Below are positions 57,001-64,000 of a stretch of DNA of 64,000 bases, in pieces (within the stretch, counting starts at the first letter, position 1; each line of letters begins with the position of its first letter). Source of the DNA: Dehalococcoidia bacterium (GTDB taxonomy: Bacteria; Chloroflexota; Dehalococcoidia; Bin125); assembly GCA_963555985.3 (NCBI GenBank), contig OY820591.1, forward strand, positions 3,008,001-3,072,000, given 5' to 3'. The translations under genes and the position numbers were made by a program. A model generated the notes under the pieces. It did no database searches, was not told where the DNA came from, and worked only from the letters and a program-made list of their open reading frames with translations.

Positions 57001-58368
57001 CTCCCGCGCCAGCCCCCGATACGGCGCCGCCCGCCGGAAACGCTCGTACAACTCGTCCTCGCTGCACGATTCCGCCGCCGTCTCCGCCACGATCTGCTGC
57101 GCCAGCACCTCAATCGGCGCCTCCGGCTGCCGAATCCGATCCAGATCCCCGCTCTGCACCGCCCGCACCATCGCAGCGCATTCCACCAGTTCGTCCAGCG
57201 AGGTCGGGAACAGCGCCCCGTGCGGTACCCGCCCCAGCGCGTGACCCGAACGCCCTACCCGCTGCAAGAACGTCGCGATCCGCCGCGGCGAACCGATCTG
57301 ACAAACCAGATCCACGCTGCCGATATCAATCCCCAACTCCAACGAAGCCGTCGCCACCACCGCCTTCAGATCGCCCGCCTTCAGCCGCTCCTCCATCACC
57401 TGCCGACGCTCTTTCGCCAGCGACCCATGATGCCCTGCCACATTCTCCTTACCCACCCGCTCCCCCAGCCGGTGCGCCACCCGTTCCGCCAGCGCCCGTG
57501 TATTCACGAAGATCAGCGTCGTCCGGTGCTGAACCGCCAGTTCCGCCAGCCGGTCGTAGATGCTGTCCCACAACTCATGCGTCGGGATCGCCGGAATCGG
57601 AACATCGGTCGTCTCGATCCACAGCTGCAACTCCCGCTTGTGACCCAAATCCAAAATCCGGCAGGGCAGGGCCGCGCCCTCTTCGTCCACCCCCGTCAAA
57701 AACGCCGCAATCTGATCCATCGGCTTCTGCGTCGCCGACAACCCAATCCGCACCGGACGCCGCTCGGCCACATGATCCAACCGCGCCAGCGACAACGCCA
57801 AATGCGATCCCCGCTTATCCCGCACAACCGCATGAATCTCATCCACGATCACCGTCGTCACCGTGCGCAGCACCGCCCGGCTTTGTTCCGCCGTCAGCAT
57901 CAGGTACAACGATTCCGGCGTCGTAATCAAAATGTGCGGCGGATTCTTCACAATCGCCCGCCGCTCCGACTGCGGCGTATCCCCCGTGCGCAACCCCATC
58001 CGGATCCGCGGCAGCGTCACCCCCCGCTCCTCGGCCAGCGCCCGAATCTCCCGCAGCGGCTCCTCCAGGTTCCGCCGGATATCGCTCGAAAGCGCCTTCA
58101 ACGGCGACACATACAAAATCCGCACCTCATCCGGCAGCGCCCCCCGCTCCCCCTCCCGAACCAGGTCGTCAATCCCCGCCAGAAACGCCGTCAGCGTCTT
58201 CCCCGATCCTGTCGGTGCCGCCAACAACACATCCCGCCGGGTCCGAATCGCCGGCCACCCATCCTCCTGAGCAAACGTCGGCGCGCCAAACCGCCCCACG
58301 AACCAGTCCCGAACCAACGGATGAAAATCGTCCAAAGCGGACACCGGAGGAGAATCTGCCTGACTCAT
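54061..58368 (-). CDS. lhr: Lhr-family ATP-dependent helicase
   Basis: APTGSGKT, RTGDT, ITTPESL, DEIH, SATQ, HHGSL, QRVGRSGH, LLRRYGV, GEIRGGRF..GEQFA. Confidence 0.95.
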   Translation of the reverse strand: MSQADSPPVSALDDFHPLVRDWFVGRFGAPTFAQEDGWPAIRTRRDVLLAAPTGSGKTLTAFLAGIDDLVREGERGALPDEVRILYVSPLKALSSDIRRNLEEPLREIRALAEERGVTLPRIRMGLRTGDTPQSERRAIVKNPPHILITTPESLYLMLTAEQSRAVLRTVTTVIVDEIHAVVRDKRGSHLALSLARLDHVAERRPVRIGLSATQKPMDQIAAFLTGVDEEGAALPCRILDLGHKRELQLWIETTDVPIPAIPTHELWDSIYDRLAELAVQHRTTLIFVNTRALAERVAHRLGERVGKENVAGHHGSLAKERRQVMEERLKAGDLKAVVATASLELGIDIGSVDLVCQIGSPRRIATFLQRVGRSGHALGRVPHGALFPTSLDELVECAAMVRAVQSGDLDRIRQPEAPIEVLAQQIVAETAAESCSEDELYERFRRAAPYRGLARETFDETVEMLATGVGEGGGRSRPLVHRDRIQGMVRARRGSRLTAIVNGGTIPETGDFRVVKEPEGAFIGTVNEDFAIESQAGDIFLLGSTSWRIRRVESKGVVRVEDAQGLPPTIPFWLGEAPGRSVELSREVGCLRRDVTETIDDAESTSARLQRECGMNSVAAEQMIEYLGSAQDALQVMPSDTDVVFERFFDEAGGQQLVVHAPFGSGVNRAWGLALRKRFCVRFDFELQAAANEEGIILSLGPSQSFPLEEAFGYLSAENAEQSLRQAVLYAPFWNTRWRWAATRALAVPRRRGGKEVPPNLQRMIADDLLAAVFPAQVGCQENLAGPLEVPDHPLIAQTMDDCLHEAVDTDALVGVLERIERGEIRLHARDTVTPSPMAQSIINVNPFGFLDDAPLEERRARAVMTRRTLPEQQRDLGRLDPDAIDRVREEALPPVRDADELHELLISLVALGERNLSHVRSLAEALVAEGRAALARTEDGAVWFAAEHLSAIQLLLPEAVIEPALEVPEAALIEVADREDARLRLARGHMEVVGPITAAGLSRRCGLSARDVGYALQQLEAYGEVMRGRFSPPEFLDESEEEYCDRRLLARIHRYTIARLRAEIEPVTVQQYLRFLLRWQRLTPDTRLTGKAGVRAVIEQLQGFEAPAAAWERDLLAPRVADYREAWLDELCLAGEIAWARLTPRAARRAPTKSTPITLALRRDFRSLLAAVRRPAPAPAARGRSAPPPEPDVAEQVHADGGAASQILRMLNERGALFFDELVDGTRRIATDVENGLRELVASGLAHADGFQGLRQLIRPARNGRRRRPRYGGGGVFIGEGPAGRWAALSPVAPPPVDVEEADELAERMAVLLLRRYGVISRELATRESLTLAWREILRALRRLEARGEIRGGRFIQGLIGEQFALPQALDQLRAVRRKALDGERVVIAAADPCNLVGILLPGAKVPSRLGGTVTLVDGAVEESEALSGSVAAD

Positions 58369-58455
58369 ACGTTTCGTACTCTATCTGGCAAAGAGCCAAC
58401 ACGCCAGAGGTCTACCCTCTCTCTCCTCTGGAGACTTGCACGCAAACCCTGATCG

Positions 58456-58572
58456 ATCTCCCCCTCAAGGGGGAGATGCCCCAACGGGGCAGAGGGGGTG
58501 AGAACACCGCAGTCCTCTCCGGTACACCAGCTCTCCTCCTCAGTTAAGGGGAGGTCACGCAGCAACAGAGGG
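58456..58572. repeat. REP-like palindromes, family B (one full, one degenerate)
   Basis: TCTCCCCCTCAAGGGGGAGATGCCCCAACGGGGCAGAGGGGG and CTCCTCCTCAGTTAAGGGGAGGT..AGAGGG. Confidence 0.75.
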
Positions 58573-58750
58573 ATCTGGACGAACACCTCACCGCACATTC
58601 CCACCCACTATGTACAGACCGCCCACCCACTTGCCAAACCAGACAGTCCATGTGAACGTATGCACGGAAGACCAAGAACGTCGCCCAACGCCGCACAACG
58701 GCTAGCGTGAGATCAGCGGATCACCGACCACCGCAAACCGGAGCACATCC

Positions 58751-60346
58751 GTGAACCTCCGCAACCGCACCATCTACATCGGCGACAACCTTAAGCGTCT
58801 GCGCGGCATCGACAGCGACTCCGTCGACCTCATCTATCTCGATCCGCCCTTCAACAGCCGCGGCGAGTACCAGTGGCCGATCGGCACCGACGAACTCGAC
58901 TGGGACGACGGCCCCACCGACGAGGACGACCTCGACGATGAAGCCCTGGAGAATCTGATCGGCGGCAACGGCATCGACAAGTTCAAGGACGCCTTCACTC
59001 TCGACGATCTCGACCAGCGCACCTTGCAGGAACTCTTGGACAACGGCGAACCCGCCGGCTACGTGATCGCGGCGGCGGGCGCAGCGGTCGGACCGGGCAC
59101 GCAAGCCTACCTCACCTTCATGTGGGAGCGCCTGGTCGAAATGCGCCGCATCCTCAAGCGCACCGGCAGCATCTACCTGCATTGCGACGACACCGAAGGC
59201 TTGTGGCTAGGAGCCCTCATGGACGCCATCTTCGGGCGATCCAGCTTTCGCAACATGATCACCTGGCAGCGCACCAGCGCTCATAACGACGCAGGCGGCT
59301 TTGGACGAATCGCGGACCATCTCCTGTTTTACGCAATGTCAAACGAATCTCTATTCGATCGTGAGGGAGTCGCGCGCGCGCTCGATCGCGGCTACGTGAC
59401 GAGGGAATACAGTCGCGGCAGAGATGACCCCAGAGGCCGATGGCGGCGAAGCGACTTGACCGGCCCCGGCATTTCCGTCGGCGAGAGCGGCCAGCCCTGG
59501 CGGGATTACAACCCCACTGAGATCGGACGCTGTTGGTCGGTACCGCGCGCAATCGGACGGGGCGAGTACGCCGATTGGATCGCCGAGAACATCATCCCGG
59601 GCTACGAAGAGATTGAGGGCGTCCACGACCGCCTCGACGCTCTCGATGCCCACGGCCTCATCCATTGGACGCGAACCGGCACGCCCGAACTCAAGCGCTA
59701 CCTGGCGGCTACGGCCGGACAGGTGCCCGGCACGATCTGGGCCGACATCAATCCGGTCGTGGCTGGCTCCAAAGAGTGGCAGCCCTGGGACACCCAGAAG
59801 CCATTGGCCCTGCTCGAGCGCGTGATCGCCGCCTCCTCCCGACCGGGCGACATGGTGCTCGATCCCTTCTGCGGCTGCGCCACCGCCTGCGTCGCCGCCG
59901 AGCGCCTCAATCGCCAGTGGGTCGGCATGGACCGTTCCCCCCGCGCCGGCATCCTCGTCCGCAAACGCCTCCGCGAACAGGACGAAGGCATCGCCATCTG
60001 GGCCCACGACGTCAACGTCACCCGAGCCGTCCCCACGCGCACCGACATCACCGAACCGCCCCTGACCAGAGCCGAACTCAAAGCGGCCTTGTTCGAGCGC
60101 CAGTCGGTCGCCGCCGACCACTACCCGATCCCCCACGCCCTCTGCGCCGGCCCGGGCTGCGACACCGCCTTGCCCATCCACCTGCTCGAAATCGACCGTA
60201 TCCGCCCCGGCGCCGCTGGCGGCGAGTACACCCCCGACAACACCCAACTCCTCTGCGGCTGGTGCAACCGCGTCAAAGGCAACCGAGACATGGACTACCT
60301 CGCCGCCCGCATCGCCCAACGCCGCCAAACAGAAGCCGGGACCTAG
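58751..60346 (+). CDS. Amino-DNA methyltransferase (N6/N4, beta class) fused to C-terminal HNH-like domain
   Basis: GDNL, VDLIYLDPPFN, TQKPLALLERVI, DPFCGCAT; C-terminal C..PGC..EIDRI.P...GG....DN.QLLC..CN..KG. Confidence 0.9.
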   Translation: MNLRNRTIYIGDNLKRLRGIDSDSVDLIYLDPPFNSRGEYQWPIGTDELDWDDGPTDEDDLDDEALENLIGGNGIDKFKDAFTLDDLDQRTLQELLDNGEPAGYVIAAAGAAVGPGTQAYLTFMWERLVEMRRILKRTGSIYLHCDDTEGLWLGALMDAIFGRSSFRNMITWQRTSAHNDAGGFGRIADHLLFYAMSNESLFDREGVARALDRGYVTREYSRGRDDPRGRWRRSDLTGPGISVGESGQPWRDYNPTEIGRCWSVPRAIGRGEYADWIAENIIPGYEEIEGVHDRLDALDAHGLIHWTRTGTPELKRYLAATAGQVPGTIWADINPVVAGSKEWQPWDTQKPLALLERVIAASSRPGDMVLDPFCGCATACVAAERLNRQWVGMDRSPRAGILVRKRLREQDEGIAIWAHDVNVTRAVPTRTDITEPPLTRAELKAALFERQSVAADHYPIPHALCAGPGCDTALPIHLLEIDRIRPGAAGGEYTPDNTQLLCGWCNRVKGNRDMDYLAARIAQRRQTEAGT

Positions 60347-60359
60347 TCGGCTGTGCCCT

Positions 60360-60659
60360 CTAGCCAAACCCCAAAATGATTCCCACCGCCAGCGCCGTCC
60401 CCGCCAGCAGAATCCCTACCGCCTGCATGATCAGCTTCACGATCCGCGCCTCACGCTCCGCTGCCCGCGCGTCCGCCTCCGCGATCGCCCGCAGCACTCG
60501 CCCGATCTCTAGGCTCAGTCGATCCTGCGTCGCGTACTCCGAGAGCGCTTCACTCATCTGCTCCTCCAGCTCCTGAACAAACTCCGTCGCCGGCTCCGCC
60601 TCCGCAATCTGCCCACCCACCAGGATGTCTCGCAACCGCGCCGTATTGAAGATCGCCAT
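60360..60659 (-). CDS. Small DUF1640/CCDC90-like coiled-coil membrane-anchored protein
   Basis: MAIFNTARLRDIL...YATQDRL...coiled coil plus C-terminal TM; GAGGGG RBS. Confidence 0.7.
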   Translation of the reverse strand: MAIFNTARLRDILVGGQIAEAEPATEFVQELEEQMSEALSEYATQDRLSLEIGRVLRAIAEADARAAEREARIVKLIMQAVGILLAGTALAVGIILGFG

Positions 60660-60860
60660 TACAACCCCCTCAGCACCAGCATACCGACCGAACAGCTCAC
60701 CAGGACACATCCCCAACTTGATCACCGAACATCAGTGCTTGTAAGATCGACGATCCATTCCCGCGCCAAACCCGCCGTAAAGCTCCCATGCCCGCCATCC
60801 AAACGCCCCAACACAGACCAACACATCCTCAAACAACCCCCCTCCAAACCCAAACACCAG

Positions 60861-61014
60861 CGAACGCCACCGAACGGAATCGAACGGAATCGAACACCAC
60901 CGAACACCTAAACCTGAACAAACCTGAACGCCCCGATCGCCAATACCCCAGAAAACACAGGAGATCCGTGATTTCGAGCGCCCGAAAAAATTCTCCGCTG
61001 AACACCTGAACACC
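60861..61014 (+). repeat. 10-bp-phased repeat element (GAAC motif) with core and A-tract
   Basis: CGAACGCCAC CGAACGGAAT CGAACGGAAT CGAACACCAC CGAACACCTA AACCTGAACA AACCTGAACG CCCCGATC..ACAGGAGATC..GATT..CGCCCGAAAAAA. Confidence 0.75.
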
Positions 61015-61047
61015 GCTACTCTCAGCCATACCCCGAAGGAGCCGACC

Positions 61048-62358
61048 ATGACCACCCAAATCGACTGGCAGCCCGTCTTTGACCAGGCCCTTGACTACTT
61101 CGTCAACTACCTCCAGATCAACACCACCAACCCTCCGGGCAACGAGAAACCCGCCGCCCGCTGGCTCGGCGCCATCCTCGCCGACGAAGGCATGGAGGTC
61201 GAGTACGTCGAAATCCAGCCCGAGCGCGAAGCCGTCTTCGCCTGGCTGCGCGGCGACGGCTCCAAGCGCCCGATGATGCTCTGCAACCACACCGATGTCG
61301 TCCCCGTCGAGGAGGCCTACTGGACCAAGCCCGCCTTCGAGGGCCACATCGAAGACGGCAAGGTCTACGGGCGCGGCGCGGTCGACATGAAGGGCTGCGG
61401 CATCATGCACCTGATGACCATGCTGCTGCTCAAGCGCCACAACGTCCCCCTCAAGCGCGACCTCGTCTTCTGCGGCGTCCCCGACGAGGAGGCCGGCTCA
61501 GTCTGGGGCATGGACTGGCTCTGCAAAAACCGCCCCGACCTCGTCGATGTCGAGTTCGAACTCTCCGAGGGCGGCTCCGGCTCGACCCAGCTGATGGGCG
61601 AAGAGGCCAACATCTTCTCCGTCGCCACCAACGAAAAAGACATCTGCTGGCTCCAACTCACCTCGATCGGCACCCCGGGCCACGGCTCCCGCCCCCACTA
61701 CGACAACTCCGCCGTCCACCTCGTCAACGCGCTCTCCAAGCTGGCCGCCTGGGAGCGACCCGTCACGATCACGCCCTCGACCCAAGTCTGGCTCGATCGC
61801 CTGATCGAGGAAGGCCATCTGCCCGCCCTCGAGGACGAAGACGAACTGGCCGCCCTGATCACCGAGCATCCCGGTACCCACGCCATGTTCATCAACACGC
61901 TCAACGTGACCATGGTCAACAGTGGGATCAAGGCCAACGTGATCCCGGCCAAGTCCGAGGCCGTGATCGATTGCCGCCTGCTCCCCGGTCAGGACCGCGA
62001 GGACTGGCGGCAACAGGTCATCAGCGTGATCGACGACGACCGCATCGAGGTCGAATTCTCCGGCTGGGACCAGGACCAGCCGGTCGAAGTCGATTGGGAC
62101 ACCGAACTCTACCGAACCATCGAAACCGTCGTCACCGATGCAGTCGAAGACGCCACCGTCGTCCCCAGCACCTGCGTCGGAGGCACCGACAACCGCTTCC
62201 TCCGCCAGCAGGGCATCCCCGCCTACGGCTTCATCCCCGTCCTCCTCACCCCCGAAGAAGCCGCCGGCTTCCACGGCAACGACGAGCACATGTCCATCGA
62301 AAACCTCAACATGGGAGTCGAGCTCACCTACGAAATCGTCCGCCGCATGGTGACGTAG
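61048..62358 (+). CDS. M20/M25/M40 metallo-hydrolase
   Basis: NHTDVVP, YGRGAVDMKG, DEEAG, GHGS, GGTDNRF, HGNDEH. Confidence 0.93.
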   Translation: MTTQIDWQPVFDQALDYFVNYLQINTTNPPGNEKPAARWLGAILADEGMEVEYVEIQPEREAVFAWLRGDGSKRPMMLCNHTDVVPVEEAYWTKPAFEGHIEDGKVYGRGAVDMKGCGIMHLMTMLLLKRHNVPLKRDLVFCGVPDEEAGSVWGMDWLCKNRPDLVDVEFELSEGGSGSTQLMGEEANIFSVATNEKDICWLQLTSIGTPGHGSRPHYDNSAVHLVNALSKLAAWERPVTITPSTQVWLDRLIEEGHLPALEDEDELAALITEHPGTHAMFINTLNVTMVNSGIKANVIPAKSEAVIDCRLLPGQDREDWRQQVISVIDDDRIEVEFSGWDQDQPVEVDWDTELYRTIETVVTDAVEDATVVPSTCVGGTDNRFLRQQGIPAYGFIPVLLTPEEAAGFHGNDEHMSIENLNMGVELTYEIVRRMVT

Positions 62359-62389
62359 CCGGCAGCGTTGCTCAGCGGAGGAGGCATCA

Positions 62390-62749
62390 ATGGGCGCGAT
62401 TCTTGCACAAGTGACGATCAGCAATCCATCCGATCGCGAACGGCGGTGGGAGGGCGAGTTCCTGATCGACAGCGGCGCCATCGACACGGTGGTGCCGGGC
62501 GTGCATCTGCGGGAGATCGGAATCTTGGTGGCCGAGACACGGCGCTACACGATGGCCGACGGCCGCGTGAGTGAGCTTGACGTCGGCGTCGCACAGGTTG
62601 AATTCATGGACGGTCACGCCGGCGTGACGGTCGTCTTCGCCGACGACGGTGTGCGACCCCTGCTGGGCGCGACGGCGATGGAGTCGCTCGGCATCGAGAT
62701 TGACATGCGCACCGAGGAGCTGCGGCGGCTGCCTGCGGTGCAGCTTTGA
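62390..62749 (+). CDS. Clan AA aspartic protease (single-domain)
   Basis: FLIDSGA, YTMADG, PLLGATAMESLG. Confidence 0.85.
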   Translation: MGAILAQVTISNPSDRERRWEGEFLIDSGAIDTVVPGVHLREIGILVAETRRYTMADGRVSELDVGVAQVEFMDGHAGVTVVFADDGVRPLLGATAMESLGIEIDMRTEELRRLPAVQL

Positions 62750-62754
62750 CGGAG

Positions 62755-63426
62755 CTACTGCATCTTCGAGTACGGCAGCGGATTCAGAAAGTAAATCTCC
62801 TCCTCCGGAGCGTGTTCCCGCAACGGACCAATCACGTCCGCCAATGCATCCCCCGGCTGGTACTGCATCATGAAGTCCGGACCGTTCGGCATAATCCAGA
62901 GGTCGGTCAGTTCACCCGTCCGACCAATCCGCGACGCGTACGCGGTCGCCAATTGCATCGCGCCTGCGCCCTCCAGCGTGTCGACGAGCGTGCCGATCGT
63001 GTCAATCGCCGGCAACAGTCCCCCGGTGCTCGTCTGCAACACCGCCAGCATGTACTGGCGCGGAGAGTCCGGCTCAGCGTTCAGCGCCGCCTCCAGCCGC
63101 GCTTCCGTCCCGTACGAGACGCTGTTGGTGAACTTCGTGATCTCCTCGATCTCAAGCTGCCCGCGCAGCTTGTCGACCGCCGACCACAGCGCCGTGTCCT
63201 GCCCCAGCGACGCCAGGCACTCTTCGGCGTGGGCCATGCTCTCGTAGCGGTGAATCGACAAATCCCAACCCATCTCCCCGCCGGTGACCTTCCAGCCCCC
63301 GATCAGGTCGATCCCGTGCCGCTCCATCGCCGGCACGACCGTGTCGGCGTAGAAATCGACGAACAGGTCGAAGGCGGTGTTGGTGATCGGCTTGATCCGG
63401 TGTCGGACTTCGAGGAATACGCTCAT
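62755..63426 (-). CDS. NIPSNAP-like dimeric alpha/beta barrel protein
   Basis: VVPAMERHGIDLIGGW..GG, YESMA, GELTDLW, LNPLPYS. Confidence 0.7.
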   Translation of the reverse strand: MSVFLEVRHRIKPITNTAFDLFVDFYADTVVPAMERHGIDLIGGWKVTGGEMGWDLSIHRYESMAHAEECLASLGQDTALWSAVDKLRGQLEIEEITKFTNSVSYGTEARLEAALNAEPDSPRQYMLAVLQTSTGGLLPAIDTIGTLVDTLEGAGAMQLATAYASRIGRTGELTDLWIMPNGPDFMMQYQPGDALADVIGPLREHAPEEEIYFLNPLPYSKMQ

Positions 63427-63477
63427 GCTGAAACTCCAGTCGTGCTGCTTCCGTTCGCGCGCAGGCTAGACGGTTTC

Positions 63478-64000
63478 TCAGATCGACGGTGCCAGCGCCG
63501 CCAGGAAGTCATACGTCCGCTGCCGCGCGGCAGCGTTGGGGCCGTCTACCGCCGCATAGAAGTCGGTCACGCCGAGGTCGCGCCAACGGATCAGCTCGCG
63601 CTCGACCTCCTCCTCCGAGCCGACGATCGCCACCCCGCCCGGATCCTCCGCCCCCGAACCCTGGATCACCCGCTGATACGACGGCAGCGTGTTGTACATC
63701 GCAAACACCCGCGCCACCCGCTCCCGCGCCCGATCCGGATCGGTGGTCAGTGCGACCGGAACCCCCGCGATCACACGTGGATCAGGGCGTCCTGCTTCCG
63801 CCGCTGCCTGGCCCATCTCCGGGATCACCACCTCCTCGATCCACTTCGGCCCGCACAGCCACAGCGCCGTCCCGTCCGCCAGACGCCCCGTCACCCGCAG
63901 CATCTGCGGCCCCAGCGCCGCCACAATGATCGACGGCGCTTCACAGTCCGGCAACTCCAACTGCGAATGCACCTGAAACGCCTCGCCCTCGTGATCGACC
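63478..64000 (-). CDS. LLM-class F420-dependent oxidoreductase (partial, start outside window)
   Basis: IIVAALGPQMLRVTGRLADGTALW, YNTLPSY, LGVTDF. Confidence 0.88.
   Translation of the reverse strand, partial: VDHEGEAFQVHSQLELPDCEAPSIIVAALGPQMLRVTGRLADGTALWLCGPKWIEEVVIPEMGQAAAEAGRPDPRVIAGVPVALTTDPDRARERVARVFAMYNTLPSYQRVIQGSGAEDPGGVAIVGSEEEVERELIRWRDLGVTDFYAAVDGPNAAARQRTYDFLAALAPSI

Noticed and set aside
55954-58452. Long antisense ORFs (832 aa opposite lhr; also 9967-11886, 737-2308, 7209-8282)
   Set aside because: Shadow frames of well-supported genes in GC-rich DNA with no recognisable motifs
49980-60346. recQ + nuclease + lhr + MTase as one multi-gene defence operon
   Set aside because: Genes are convergent or divergent and separated by REPs; recQ and lhr look like ordinary repair helicases
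60861-60930. CRISPR array
   Set aside because: Units are degenerate 10-mers without unique spacers; no cas genes in the window

Overview
64-kb GC-rich bacterial chromosomal segment. Gene content (F420-dependent LLM and PPOX enzymes, CaiB CoA-transferase, crotonases, SDRs, hspR-dnaJ-clpC, MTase-HNH fusion, dense REP palindromes) suggests a Chloroflexota/Dehalococcoidia-like organism; this is inference only. It holds about 60 CDS for catabolism/redox, chaperones, DNA repair (ruvB, recQ, lhr), an ABC exporter pair, Fic and a Panacea-type TA pair. I saw no rRNA, tRNA or CRISPR. Main observations: (1) two near-identical 1040-bp IS30 copies inserted at the same base of a REP palindrome, with the transposase stop codon supplied by the target; (2) an HsdR_N-type nuclease fused to a DnaA domain-IV-like module, between recQ and lhr; (3) intergenic elements made of 10-bp-phased repeat arrays with differing motifs plus a shared core and A-tract; (4) a UGA-split GrdB/PrdB-like selenoprotein with a SECIS-like hairpin; (5) two coupled active/pseudo SDR pairs; (6) a G-to-C strand-skew switch across the window. 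All family assignments are motif recognition by eye, not database searches.
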